From assembly GCA_964016885.1 (NCBI GenBank), contig OZ024743.1, positions 257,424,001-257,488,000 on the forward strand: a stretch of 64,000 nucleotides of DNA, given 5' to 3'. Every line of letters begins with the position of its first letter. Positions within the stretch are counted from its first letter, which is position 1. This document shows positions 12,761 through 27,000 of this stretch, one piece after another. The DNA comes from Eledone cirrhosa. Taxonomy: Eukaryota. The notes under the pieces were generated by a model. It was not told the origin of the DNA, did no database searches, and saw only the letters and a program-made list of their open reading frames with translations. The position numbers and the translations under genes were made by a program.

Positions 12761-14764
12761 TTTAGAAATTATGTTTATCTTTACCTTTTGAGGCCTAGTC
12801 TGAACCTGTTCCTGGTTCTAAGATACAACTAACAAAACTGTCCATTTTAAAGTACTCAAACTTAAACATCTCAAACAAAATAGGTACACATTCCCACTCC
12901 TTGCTTTTCTTGTAATTATTTTCCTTTGTCAATGGCTATTTTACCCAAAATATGAAGAGCTATTAAATGTTTCCAAAGTAATATTCTGATTTCCTGATTT
13001 TTGTTCTCTTTTCTATTTTTCTTTCTTTTTTACTGGCATTACTGCAATATCTATAGCTCCATTTACATTGTAGCAGTTTCCTAAAATCAATATCTATAGC
13101 TTTATTTGCATTGTATCAGCTTCTTAAAATCAACTCATTTTTATAATAAAACATTCCATCATAATTTTATTTAAGAAATTTTTGTCATGTAGTGTTCCAA
13201 ACATCAGCATACTAATAGAAAAAATGTAATTTACTAAATTCCTCCAAAATTGTGATAGGAAGGGTATACAGCTGTAGAAAACTTGCCAAACAAAGGGTTG
13301 TGAGAACTCTTTAGCTGTGTTAAAGACATGACAACTTCTCTAGTGCTGTTGATGTACTCAATAAAATGCATTCAGTGTGTGGCCCTGGGCCCATCAGAAC
13401 AATTGACACAGTATGTAAACGTAAGTGGGATGTATGTCTCCAGTCTACATAGTTGTTAGTGATTCTGACTGAGTACTAACTTGTCTATGAGAACATGTTC
13501 AACACATGCTAGAAGGAAAAACAGCTGTTAAATGATCGAAATAACTGTTAGTCTGGTAATTTGTTCCTCCAGTTGCAATGAGCTGTATATTTCATAAGAA
13601 ATATGCTAACAAAAGGGTTAATATTCATTTTAATTTTATGTCTAACTATAATGAATTCCACATTATGTTTATAATTCTAGGCTTGTAGTAGACACAGTAA
13701 AAAATAAGATGGTATAATCTTTTGTTGTCTACTCCATATCATTTCCATTTCAGCAAATAGAACTTGAATGTGTAAAGCTATTTTCCAGATCATTTAAAAT
13801 CTTTTTTCAAGAATTACTCTAATCTTCTTTATTTTGTATATTATAATCTCCATTTTCTTTCACTGTTTTTATTTGTCTTATTCTATTTTGTTTTAGTTTA
13901 TTTTTATTATATATATTTTACCTAAAATGAAATTATTGCTGTGGCATTCTCTCCAAATTTGTTTGAAAAATTTTCTTCTGATGGGAATGCAGTAGTCAAA
14001 CATTAATCTAGAGAAACAAATAATTTCTGAAAATGTTTCCTCGTTTCAGATCCCGTGGGAAATATATATATCCGAGATCAAATCTTCTTCACATAATCAG
14101 TTATCTCTTAAGAAATAAATAACGTAGGACTAGATATAAAATGAAAAACTGTTTTTCTGCTATCGTTATTTTTTGTTTGTTACCCCATCTTCTCCACTTC
14201 TGCATTTGCATATATCTGATTGTCATATTAAAAGCAAAAGGAGACAAGATAAAAATAAAACTATTTATAAAAAGAATAAATACTTAATGAAAAAAATCAC
14301 CTACTAAAAAATAAATAAAAAATAAAATGTTTTAATGTTTTCTTCTGCCGTATTACAATTGATAAAATGGAATTTAGAATATTTGCAAATTGGAAAATAT
14401 TTATATTTTTTTCACAAGTATTTTGTGATGCAGATATGGCTGTGTGGTTGGTGGTTAAGACGTTTGCTTCATAACTAAATAGTCTTGATTTGGGTTCCAT
14501 CTCGTATATGTGTATGTATGTCTGTTTATCACTTCTATTTGCATTTGTTTACATTCCGTATAAACAGAAGTCCTGATGTTCAGCAGTTAAATGTGCTGTA
14601 CCTTACTATCAAAAAGAGGGCAAAAGCAAAAGTGAAAGTTAGCATCTGGAAGGGCATCTGGCCTCAGATTTCTGCTTAAAAAGTCTCATCCAACCCATGC
14701 CAATATGGAGAAATGGACATAAAACTGATGCCAATAATAATGTTTATTTATAAGTAATGGAATA

Positions 14765-14955
14765 TAATTGTTTCTACTTTTGGCACAAGGCCAGCAATTA
14801 TCCCAGTGTATTACTGGTACTTTATTTTATCAACCCCATACGGATGAAAGTCAAAGTTAACCTTGGTGGGATTTGAACTCAGTCCGTAAAGCGACGTAAC
14901 TGTGCTGCAAAGCATGGCGTCTGACCCTCTACCGATACTGCCAATCCACGGCATA
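14765..14955 (-). mobile_element. tRNA-derived SINE (same family as the 2.7-3.8 kb stack)
   Basis: Reverse complement of the family consensus. Confidence 0.85.
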
Positions 14956-15304
14956 TAAAGATGAGACTCCTCCTTCACATGTTATAGAGAATTATAAAGA
15001 GAATGGAAGAATGAAGTAAGGAAATTAAATAGAATTGAGAATATATGCATATTGGGATTCATCTTTTACAAATATTTTGTAGTTTGTTAAGAAGTTCACC
15101 TGACATCCATGTAGTCTTCCATTGGAATCTTAAACTATATCATCAATGGCACCACTTAACAATTCAAGTTCAAATCATTCTTTGACTTATTCAAATATTT
15201 TCTACAGAAAATATAATTTATACTCTGCTTACATGAGTGCTCATTCAGTTAATTTTCAATTAATTTTATGTATGCATGTAGATAAAATAATATGCACCCT
15301 TCAG

Positions 15305-16420
15305 TCATCATCATCATCATCATTATTTAACACCAAGAGAATTTATTTCACGTGGGCACCTAGTGATTACTTTGCCCTGTGCGTCTGCTGTAAACAAAGT
15401 CTATCTCTGAAAACTTGTCTGTAATCCAATAAGACCTGCTCTGCATCCATAGATTACACCATGAACAACTTATAGAACTTTAGCATATACATAATCTATT
15501 GTGTGAAATCTTGACCCAAGCCTTATAAATGAAATTGGGTAGATGGAAACTGTTTGGAAGCCTATTAAATGGACTGTACCTATAATTCAAAGAGATAGTC
15601 TAATCATGCTAATATCTTTGAGAAATACATTAAGAGCTCATTTGTCTGTGGAATGCTCAACCACTTACGTGTTAGTACAAGATAGACTGTACCTGCAATT
15701 CTTAGGGCTACCCTTGTCACACACTGCCATACTGAATCTCTTTGAGATACACATAATGATACACATGACTGTGGAATTCTCAGTCACTTGAGTGCTAATT
15801 AAATGAGAAGCAATTCCATCGATCAAACAACTGAAACATTCATTGTTGCAATTGTTGGAGGTCCATTCCACATTCTATTGCATAGAAACACAATTTCCCT
15901 TATATGTTGTAGAGAAAATTAGAATCAGAATGGAAGAATGCATGAAAGAACCCATATGCAATTATATGGGAGAATTGATTGTAATATGAACAGACTCTAT
16001 CTGAGAGTTTAGATTGCTGAAATAATTTCTTCGTTCTAGATTTTTTGTAATTAATGAAGCTTCACTAGAAAATTTTAAAACATAGGGTCTAAAATAATTC
16101 TGTAGGAAGATTCTAGAAAATTGTTCTCTATTTTCTTCACAATCCCTTAACTTGTAAAAGTTGGCAATTCTTATTTGGCAAAATTCCAGGTACATTCCCA
16201 TATTTTTGCCAAATATTTAACCATTTCTCGATGCTCATTTATACATGCATGTCACTTGTGCCAACTTCTGCAATATATGACCTCAAGTCAAATATCAAAA
16301 ATGCTTTTAATTTTCATATTTTTGTATAGTTTTGTTTTTGTGCCTTTGTATGCTTCAAACAAAGCTCTCTGTGAAAAATCTTTGCAATGTGTATTCCAGT
16401 ATTCCATGTATATTTAATTC
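15305..16420 (-). pseudogene. Highly decayed CR1/L2-type LINE RT fragment
   Basis: Degenerate G.PQG-like and LEY..W-like segments on the minus strand; (GAT)n-type tail near 15305. Confidence 0.4.
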
Positions 16421-16560
16421 AGCTTATTTTGTAAAGGAGAAATGTTCAAATAGAAAAGGTATTAATTTCTGAATTTTAAGGTCCTGAGCTCAAATCTTTC
16501 ACTACTGCTTCACTATGTTTCAGAGCAGCATACTAAATATTTTATATTTCCTTGGTTGAT

Positions 16561-16786
16561 TTAACCCTTTTGATACCAATCCACCCAAAGCTGTTGCTGT
16601 TTCCATGAAATAAAACCACCTATTTTATAGGGTTGCTGTTTGATTTAAATTCTGCTAACATAATTTTATATAAGAACCAAATGTTACAGTAAACTATATT
16701 TAATATTGCTTGTAAATCCCTCAAGTCTTCCTTAATTAATTCAAATAGTGTATATTTCATTAGAAATATGGTCATGAAGGGCTTAA
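16561..16786. mobile_element. piggyBac-like MITE (TTAA-bounded)
   Basis: TTAACCCTT...AAGGGCTTAA ends; related partial copies at ~8216-8346, ~13560-13621 and ~22160-22350. Confidence 0.55.
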
Positions 16787-17399
16787 CTTTCAGATATAAT
16801 GGGGAGGTTGTTTTTTGTTTTGGTCTTTACTGTTTAGTTTGAGAGAGAAAGGCATTACTTATAGTCCTTTTCACAGCCTCAATGACTAATGGGAGGGAGG
16901 GAGAAAGGTGTCCACAAAATCAAGATTTGGCCTGAATGCTTGCAACAGCATGGACCTAGCAACCAATTAAGTCTAAGTAGGCCACAATGGGCTTCGAACT
17001 ATGAATTCACAAGGCCTTAACAGATAGTGCAAGGTATTTTGTCCAGTGCCCTAACAATTCTGCCAATGTACTGCTCTCACTGGTACTTTATTTTATTGAC
17101 CTCAAAAGAATGAAATGCAAAGATGACCTCTGTGGGATTATAATTCAATGTAAAGACAGGCAGAACAAATACCACAAGGCATTTTTGCTTGCATTCAAAT
17201 AACCCCTCTAATTTTCTGACCCATCTGTAGGAAAATTTATCTTTCATCTTAATCTGATAATTTCCCCCCTCTAAAGCAAAGATTAACCTTGTGGGCCTGA
17301 TAACAGACTTCTCCATTTTCCCTATTCTCTACATTCTACCTCACTACTCTACTGGTTTACATTCCTCATTATATTTAGTTATGACTTCATTGGTCTTCC

Positions 17400-17772
17400 C
17401 CTTCCTCTACCTCCTTCCACTCTCATTCTGATCATTCCTCTCATCCAATCACTTTCCTCAATGCTTGACCCAACCATCCCATTCCAATTCTCTTCACATC
17501 CATCATTGGTTCTATTCCGATCACTGCCCTCAGCCAATCACTTCCATTCTTCCTCAACACATGACCCAGCCATCACATTCTATTTCTCTTCACAAACTTT
17601 ATTATTGGCTTTTTACTTGTCACTTCTTTCACCTAATTTCATCCTATCTTAACACATGACCCAGCCATCTAATTCCATTCTTTTTATAGCATCCTTCTCT
17701 TGCTCATTTACTGTCACTCTACTCACCCAGTCACTTTGATCCTTCCTCAACACATGACCCAGCCATCTCCCT
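17400..17772. repeat. ~96-bp degenerate minisatellite, ~4 copies
   Basis: TCCTCAACACATGACCCAGCCATC recurs at ~17456, 17551, 17647 and 17744. Confidence 0.75.
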
Positions 17773-18266
17773 ATACAACAACCATCACAAGATCAACTTT
17801 GCCAATCACCCGTAGAAGAAAATAATTGAAGCAGTATAAATATAGTCTGAACAGTTCACTTTCTTTCTTCCAATATTGTGAAACATAATCCAGGCAGCGA
17901 AAAATTTTAACTTTAACCATAATATCCAAGAGATGTTTTATTAAACTATACTTCACTCATCAGAATATCACTGTTTTTAAACTAGTCAACAGAGGAACCA
18001 AATTTTATATAGTATAGGATATTATCCCTGCGGAGTCAGCAACTCATTTTTGATTTATATTGCAGTTATTTGACGAAAGCTCTAGAGATAGGCATGGCCA
18101 TCACACAATCTCATCATATATTCTCATATAAAGCTGGAGTCAGTTTGTTTAAGTAAGAAAACATTGTTTTGAATAGACACACACATGCACACATGCATGT
18201 CTATGTATTATGTATATATATATATCTATGTATATGTATATATATATATATGAATCTCTATGTATG

Positions 18267-18308
<42 letters not shown>

Positions 18309-18359
18309 AGATTTCGTTTCAAACCAATTTTATTCCTCTGTACACGAAGATCACAAAGG

Positions 18360-18775
18360 AATATGAATTACCACTACTCCTACAAACAGCACCGTCACTA
18401 CCACCACCGCCTATACTACTGCCCCTGCCATTGCCTATACCACTCCAACCAAAAATACATACACCACTATCACACACATCACCATCATTACTACCATCAT
18501 CATCACCCACATCAACCACCACCATCTACAACAACCATCTGCAACACCACCACCTACAACATAAACACTTGCACCACCACAACCATTTTTACTCCACCAG
18601 CTAAACAACAACCACAATCATTCCCCATCAAAACAACATAAACGAACACCACCCCTACCTACATTCCCATCAACATAACCAACACCACATACACCTCCAA
18701 CGATGTCCCACAACCAACACCACCAACTCAACCTATCATAAGTCCCACCACCACCATCACCCCACCACCACTAAT
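18360..18775. repeat. Degenerate (CAC/CAT/CAA)n low-complexity tract
   Basis: Direct inspection; gives spurious poly-H/T/P ORFs. Confidence 0.85.
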
Positions 18776-19594
18776 GTTGTTGATAGACTCTTGTGAAAAA
18801 TATGCTTTGCTCAGCTCTTTTTATGGCTGTAGAATATTGACATACTATGAAATGTCTATCTATATTCTAGCAAGAATTAGTTTGACAATATCATACGTGG
18901 CATTTTACACTCTCAATACTCCATAACAAATTTCTGTCTATATTCTATGAAGGATTCAGGACCACAACAACTGAGCCCCAGCAGTTTCAACAGCTAGTTC
19001 TGATCTAGTTGTCGAAATGGCAAGAGCTCAGTTGTCAGGGTCCCAAATCTTTCATATTACCTACTCTACAACCCCAAGTATAGAGTACTCTGGTGATTAA
19101 TGGTCTAACTGGTTTTTACTGAATCCATTCTGATTTATGTCTATATTCTAGCAAGAATTAGTTGGATAATATCAGATATAGCAAACAAAACTCTAACTAT
19201 TTCACAACAGATTTCCATAAACTCACTGACACTATGGCTGTATTAGTGTTTCATATTTTGTTTGCTTTTGGTCCAATGCTTATATCTGTATATCTGTATT
19301 ACATGTGTACATACACATATGTATATAAGTAAATATGTAACATCTTTATATATGTGTATGTATTCACATAAAACCATCAATTGCCCTAACCCATAAAAAA
19401 ACACTTGGGAAATATGTTAAACTAACCGCTGACATTCACTAGTCACTGGTATGGGGAAGACAAAGATTATAAGCCTGCAGTTATCATATTACATACTTTC
19501 TGTATCATAAAACTATTCTTATCTGTAGCGACTACAACCCATGTATGTATGCTTAAAACTGTAATGCTCTCATAAAAAGTATTTGCTCTATATC

Positions 19595-20210
19595 ATCTTC
19601 ATAATCATTCTTTTTATGTTCACTTTTCCTTGCTTGCATGGATTGAATGGGTCCTTCTCGGCACAGCATCTATCCACTTGTCGCATTCCTTTGTCATCTC
19701 CTCTGCCAGTCTTAGCAATTTGAAGTCAGTTCTCAGAATCTCTGCCCAGTTCTTTCTTGGTCATCCTCTACTGCGGCTTTCTTCCACTGGGATTTCCTGG
19801 CATTTCTTCACCCATCAGTCATTGTCCATGCACATAACATGTCAATACCAACGCAGTTTTCTCTCCTGCATACCATCTCTGATTCCACTTAAATGCAGCT
19901 TTTCCCTCAGCTCGTCCAAGCTCTGCCTTTCTCTCTGCCCTTCTCCTCCACTGTTAATTAGGTCACCTAGATAGAAGAAGCTGTCAACCACGTCTATGGA
20001 TCCTTGCTGTGACTTTTACATGCAAAATTCTCCCTTACTGTTAGTCTACTCATTATCCCACTACATCTTTTGTGTACCTAAGATTTAGATTGTGTATATT
20101 GGTATGGAGTTTATGCCTACTCCTTATCTACATGTTGAACATGGCCACTTCCCTGAGGGAATCTGGGTCCTATCTTCTTTCTTTCTCACTAACACTTTAG
20201 TTTTGGTTGA
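19595..20210 (-). pseudogene. RTE LINE 3' fragment with internal deletions
   Basis: Homologous to 50.6-51.45 kb (VVDSFFYLGD, ERKLRWY.HVM, decayed PHD WPCSTC...VHKRC); GAT-type tail. Confidence 0.8.
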
Positions 20211-21838
20211 ACACGTCAAAGTATTTAAAATTATGTTGCATATGTTTAAAATATAATAGTTTGTAAAACATTCAAATATTAACTGAATAAACACAATATC
20301 CATGAATAGAGTAGGGAAATATACTTTCTAAGTAAAAACGTGGTAGTGAATTCGAAGTTTTCAAACTGACCACTTAAACCAGCTGTGACAACCTTAAATG
20401 TCTTATATAGCTTAATGGATAGCTTGGTGCCTTGATGAAATGCACCAATTCCACTCTGTGAAGTGGTAGTGCTGGTGTCATGATAAACTGTACCCAGTGT
20501 ATCTGTCAACAAACAAGAGCAAACATAAAACCTGTAAACATCAAACACATGTTTAGTGTACCATACCATTTCTTCTAGTTTTCAGAAACAGGCAAAAACA
20601 ATATAAATCAACCATTGTATCTCCCTCACAGAAAAAGGACAGTGGATGGTGTAAGATGGAATGATGATAGATAGCCTTCAGAAACAACAACAAAAACAAT
20701 GTATCCCCATATACATATGTATCTTGTTTTTTTTAGAATAAGTGCTTCATATCCCTGCATGTCATCATAAGTGACTAAAAGATATGTTTCTTTATTAGCC
20801 ACAGGGGCACAAAAGAAAGGGACAAATACAAAGGGGGAACTTTACATACAATAAAAACGTGTAAAATATTATCACAAATGACTAAAAGATAGTTATTAGA
20901 AAAGGTATCCAGCTGTAAAACATTGCCTCAAAATGTTCTGTCTGACCCATGCCAGTATGAAGAAGAGAACATAAAGGACGATGATGATAATGATGTATTA
21001 TTATATCCACAATGGTGAAACAATGAAAAATACGCTTCATAAACAACCAAAAATAATATAAATCAAGTGTTATATCTCCCTCATTGAAAACGTTTGGGGG
21101 ATAGTGTAAGGTGAGCATGAGAGAATTTATTTACATTATTGATTACAATATTTTTCACAAGTCAATGCAAACCACAACCCACACTACCTACCTCCACCCT
21201 GGATTGTAATAGTCCTTTTTAATGAGCTTTATATCAATTTGTCATCAAAATCTATAGGGAGGCTTCCATGTCTCTTAATTCTGTCAATGTAATCCTTGTT
21301 ATTGTTATTATTGTTATTATCATTATTTTTTTTATGATGATGATCATCATCATCATAAAAAATAGTATCATCATTTTTATGTTTATCATTATGATAACCA
21401 TCATCTTCATTGTCAGCATCCTCATAATTAGAAGTAGTGGTGGTGGTAGCTGTAGTTACAGAGGTAGCAGTAGCAGTAGTCTTAGCAATAGTAGCAGTGT
21501 CAGCACTAGTAGTAGTAGTAGTAATTTCTATTATGGAATAGACCAGGCCACCACCATCACCTATTACCAATTGTATTAGATTTTTTATCGTTTTAAAAAA
21601 CCCTTCAATTTAATTACATACTTCAGTGGTGAAATCGATTGGACAAAGAAATCAATATAATGAGTTAAAAACATTGATCGATCCAGCTTTCACTAAACTC
21701 TTTGAAAATATTTTATTTTTCTGCCCACATAACAAAAATTATTCAACTTTCCACACTGTGTCTTATACTTAGTTACACTAAACAATGCTGTCACATCATA
21801 TCATTGACTTTTCTGCATTTTAAAATGTATTGTTCTCA

Positions 21839-22116
21839 TTTGAAAATGTGGGAATCCCAAACACAGAAACCAACTGTAACAACAGTCGATAGTTATAAAT
21901 AATAGCTTAGAAAATCGGTTAAAATAACCGTGGAGATAGTTAAAAGTGGCCAGCAACCGCTACAGAGAAATGAGAGGTAGAGAGTTTCTCCAATGTGACT
22001 GCTCGTCACTTTTTTCTGTCTCCATGAGTATTTTACTCAATTTCTAAGCTTTGTATTTATAGCTATTGACTGCTGTTAGTTATTTTTCACGTTTCAGATT
22101 CCCACATTTTTTCAAA
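21839..22116. mobile_element. Fold-back (palindromic) non-autonomous element
   Basis: ~115-bp imperfect inverted arms, AAAATGTGGGAATC... / ...GATTCCCACATTTT. Confidence 0.75.
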
Positions 22117-22380
22117 TTTCAAATCACTCAGCACTTTGATAATTCATGAGGTTTTTATTGTTTTCATTTTCACCATTTCATACTAAAACACATACACCAC
22201 CCCTGGTTCTATAATAAAGTGTTTATATTTATCAAAATCCTGCCATCATGATTTTATGTCAGAACCTTAAAGTTACTTTCCAAACACTAGCTAAATAATA
22301 GAAAAATTTATTATATTACTAAGTCCCTCTAAATTCTTTATTATTTCCAAAATTATTTGAAAATCATAAGCTATGTCTTA

Positions 22381-23690
22381 TATCATCATTTAGCCCCCAT
22401 TTTCCATACTGGCATGGGTTGGACAGGATGTCACAATCTGAGACTAAACACAATAGAGAGACTACATCTTGCTCATATGTTCCAGATTTTTGTCCTTCCT
22501 AATGTCAATCATTTTACAGAGTATACTAGGTGCATTTATAATATGACCAGCACTACCACTTTAGAGTTGGCTGGGCACATTTTAGCCTGGCACCAGGACC
22601 ACCACTTGCAGAGTGTACTGGTTCATTCCAGTGTGACATTAACAACAGTGCAGTTGTTGTGTCCTTAGCTTGACAGAAAGAAGTGGTGATTGGATGGTTG
22701 ATATGGCTGCAGTGGAACTATATGAGCAATAGCAGGAAAAAGTAAGAAAGTAAGAGGGAGAAAGAGTGAGCAGGTATCTTGTTATGGGGACATCTTGCAA
22801 ATGATGGTAACTGATAGCTTAGTGTGGGAGTTGGGAAGTACCCATTAGTTTATTGGGTACAAACTCCTCTTTGTTTGGGCAGTTTTGTATTTATGTAAGT
22901 GAGGGTGGGTGTCGAGATCAAGTGTAGCAGTAGATCAAGGTGGACAACATCGTATTTAGAAGAGTGGTGTCTAAAGAGGAGTGGAGGCAAGACCAAGATG
23001 GGGAGCAGGAGAGGACTTAAATGTTGATCCATGTTGCATATGAGGGCAGATTTTAAAAGCAAGGATGAAGGGTGTGTGAAAGGTAAGAGTAAAGTGGGGT
23101 GGAGATAAAACGCATGGGGGGGGGGGGGGGGGCGAACTTAAATGCAGATTTTATCTTGGTCACATGTGAGGGCAGATCTTTTGTAGTACAGCAAATTGCC
23201 TGTTATCAACTCGTTCCTATGTTATTTACTCTGTGAGTTGAACCTTCACATGCTTTTCTAGGGCTTCCCCTTCTACAGGTTTCCTTGACTTTGAGTGCCC
23301 TGTACTTCTTTATGATGCACTCATAACAACACAGTCGTCTCTCTTGCACTCTTCATCGGATCCCTTTTATACCCAGTTTTTCTCTCAGTACATGATTGCT
23401 TTGTCGTTCATGAGCAGCTAATATTGTACACATCCATCAGAGCATGCTTGCCTCATTTTTTTCCAGTCTTTGTAAATCCTTTGTGCACAAGGCCCAAATT
23501 TCACTTCTTTCCTGCACTCCTGTTTGCATACAGGCATCATACAATCTGCCTTTCACCAAACACCTTTGTAGCCAGTAGCTGTGGCAGCTCCCCAAACTTT
23601 TTCCTAACTGGTTCTCACCCTTGTTACTTTGAAAACACCCACTTCTACTGCTAATTAGTTCAGCCAAGTTGCAGAAGCTGTCAATTCCTA
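22381..23690 (-). pseudogene. RTE LINE 3' fragment with long 3' UTR
   Basis: KGRLYDACM...LQRLEKNEASML; C-rich tract after the ORF; pseudoknot-module remnants; tail CCAACCCATGCCAGTATGGAAAA...ATGATGAT. Confidence 0.7.
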
Positions 23691-24329
23691 ACTTGTAGGT
23701 AATTTCAATTTTGTCTTATCATTTCTTAAATGGAAGAGGTGGATGACTTTTTACTTTTCGCTTTTTTCCTTTGTTTTTTATCTATTTATTGATTTATTTA
23801 TTTTGTTGCTATTGTTGTTGAAACTGTATTAAGAGAGTCAAGAGTGGTGACTATTGATTTTGAGTTACAAACTGTAAATAAACTGGTTTGTGTAAAAGAG
23901 CTGAGGAAATTGTTTTCTTAAATTGGGGCATTATTTCAGTGATTTATAATGTATAATTTTGTCACTTACTGCTAAATTTGGCAACACATAACATAGCAAC
24001 ACAATGATTAACCCAGGATTAACAAACGTAGAAATTCTACAACTATACTCCATTCTATAAGCAGCCACTCCTCGCAAATTTGCAAATAATACCAGACAAA
24101 ATAATGTAGTTGATAGCCAGGTGTAAATTTTACTGTTGATTAGTGCAAATATCCTAAGTGACATAAAATATATTATCTGTCCCTCCACCTGCCTTGACAT
24201 CATGCTCCCGCTTCTTTCAATTCCCCCTGGTCATCACTTCCCTTCAAATCATACCTTACTACTCTCTTTCCAAGAGAGACTGCATGGAATGGAGAAGTTG
24301 CTTTGTCCTTGCTGTGAATAAAATAACAT

Positions 24330-24755
24330 CTTTATAGTTGGCACAATGATAAGATGCATCCAGTACACTCTGTAAAGTGGTTGGTGGTTGAAAAGAAAGA
24401 ACATAGTGTTGAGGAGAGTTTTTAGTTTTGGTACTGGTACTATGATAAAATGCACCTGGTGCACTCTGTAAAGCTGTTGGTGAACAGAGAGTGGAAACAT
24501 GGAGATGAGGAATCCTTTTAGCTTTAACAAGCGCTTCATGCTGGTGCCATGAGAAAATATACCCACTACACTCTGAAATGTGGTTGATATTAGGAAAGAC
24601 AGTTGATGTAGAAGCCATGCCAAAATATCACAATATTTGAACATGAGGTGCTCTTTGACACTTCTAGGAGGGGTTGTAAATCAGAATAAGAACCTATTCA
24701 GAATGTGATAACCCATCCGTCTTATGCATGCATCAAAAGCACATAAAATGATGGT
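24330..24755 (+). mobile_element. RTE-derived SINE-like element with three tandem modules
   Basis: Three copies of ...GGTGCCATG..AAAAT(G)CACC...ACACTCTGTAAAG, then TAGGAA and an RTE-type tail. Confidence 0.7.
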
Positions 24756-25896
24756 TTTGGTGGGATTTGAATTCAGTATGCAGAAAACCAAAACTGCCAT
24801 GTAGAGATCATAGTGATATGTGTATTCTTTTATTTTTCTACTGATTCAGTCATTAGATTGTGGTAATGCAGCAGCACTGCCTTAAAGTGATTTAATCAAT
24901 CATAAAGATGCCAGTACATTGGTCAACCTGAGACAATAGTGAAAATTATATTGACCAAGGTGCCACATATTGGGACTGAACCTGAAACTATAAGGTTATG
25001 AAGCAAATTCCCTAACCACATAACCTTTGCCGGTGTATCTATAAAATGAGTTTCCAATAAAATAACTTAGAAATTAATGATGCAGCTTCCATTTCTGCTT
25101 CATTTTTGTTCCTAATATACTTTAGTAAGTCATTATCCTTACAACATCATAAAAAATAATCAATGTCATAATTTCAGTAATAGTATTCAAATTCACCCCT
25201 TTATTACTGTATTTCTCGTTGTCACTGTTTAACATCTATTTTCTATGTGTTAGCTAGATGGGTTTCATGTCCTGAGGTAACTATATCTTGCTCATACATT
25301 CCATTTTGGGATTTGTTTCTACCCTTCCTAACATCAGCCACCTAACACCGCATACAGATAAAGAAAGTTTTTTTTTATTTAATCAATTATACATAAACAT
25401 ATTATGTTAATGGAATTAATATTTTATTCTATGTTAAAATAGATCATGCAAATATAATTTAATAAAAAAAAAAGGAAAAAATTAGATTGAGAAGAAAGAA
25501 TGGAATGTAAAATAAGAAAATGTAAAGAAAAAATGGAAAAACAAAGGAACGGCAAAGGCTCTAGTGTCACAGAAGAATGTAGAGGGGGAGGGAGGGTGAT
25601 TGGGCTCTGGGCCAATATATACTGTATTAGAATTAATTACTGAAGAATTTAAAGGGATTTACTAAAATGATATTTCAGTATTATAATAGAACTGGTAACA
25701 ATTTAATAAAAGGTTTTAAATCAAGCTGGAAGAATTTAATTTAAATAGGAATCTTTTAAAAAGAGTGGTTCTGTTTCTGTGTAACCAGAAGCAGTTTTGG
25801 GTAGATTGATAACGGAAGTGTTAAAAGCAGTGAATTTGCAGAATCATTAGAGTATCAGAGAGAATGTCTAATTTGGTATTTGTTCTATCTCGCTAC

Positions 25897-25897
<1 letters not shown>

Positions 25898-25927
<30 letters not shown>

Positions 25928-26432
25928 CTTCTTCTTCTTCTTCTTCTTCTTCTTCTTCTTCTTCTTCTTCTTGAGAGTGTCATGGGGGCAGAGCTCTTAA
26001 ACAATCCTTCCAGGGGATCCTCTCAGAAGCAGCCATCTCCAACCTATCCAGCTGGATCCCCAAGCAAGAGCCACCAAGCTCCTGAATGTTATCCAAACAT
26101 CTTGTCCCAGGGTCTACTATCCCTGGCTCTCCTGCCAGCTGGTTTTTCCCATAAAATCTGTCCAATGATTCTTTCCTGATACATTCTAACCACATGCCCA
26201 TAATATCGGAGCTGTGATCTCTCAATCTGGAGAAGTAACAGCTCTTCCTGGAGTGACTCTCTGATCTGCAAACTACACACTCTTTTGAGTAACGTTATTC
26301 CAAAGACCTTTCAGAAGAACCCCATTTCAACCATATGTAATTGTAATCATATTCTTCCAGTCATTCTCCAAGATTCATGATCATTGGTAAGGGGTGGCAT
26401 GACTACTGAATTGAAGATAGCAAGTTTGGCTT
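25898..26432 (-). pseudogene. RTE (Expander-like) LINE 3' fragment with (GAA)n tail
   Basis: IERSQLRYYGHVVRM..ER...Q; (CTT)n at 25898-25972 on the plus strand. Confidence 0.8.
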
Positions 26433-26669
26433 TTACCCATAATTTTACTTCTTCTAAGTTCAAATTATGCCACTCTCAACTTTGATGTTTATCTTACCAG
26501 TTTTGATAAAATTAAGTACTAGCCAACTACTATTGAGAACTATTTGACTAACTTACTCTTCCCTCTAAATTTCTAGCCTCTTCTAGAAACAATTATTTTC
26601 GATTATGTAAATAATGCATTGTTTTTATGGCATACTGTTTATATGGCATACTCATCTACTCATCTCTAT

Positions 26670-27000
26670 CTGTAGACCCTGTGTTTTATTGCTGTTGTTA
26701 CAAATCTTACCTATGTATGTTTATCTGGCCTCCTATGAGGTTATATTTCATAGGAGGTTTCTTGGGTGCTTTAATGATAGAAGACTCAGTCCTATCATTA
26801 TTGTAATAGCTCAAACCTGTGTAGGTTTAGCTGGACTCATATGAGGTTGTATTTCATAGGAGGTTTCTTAGCTGTTTTAATGGTTGGGGCCCCAGTCCTA
26901 TGTTGTTGTTGTTACAGCTCATACATATGTAGGTTTAGATGGCCTCATAGGATGTTGTATCTAATGGGAAGTTTCTCAATTGTGTTAATGGTAGGCCCCC
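26670..27000. repeat. ~107-bp tandem repeat, 3 copies
   Basis: GGCCTC.TATGAGGTT.TATTTCATAGGAGGTTTCTT recurs at ~26727, 26833 and 26941. Confidence 0.75.
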
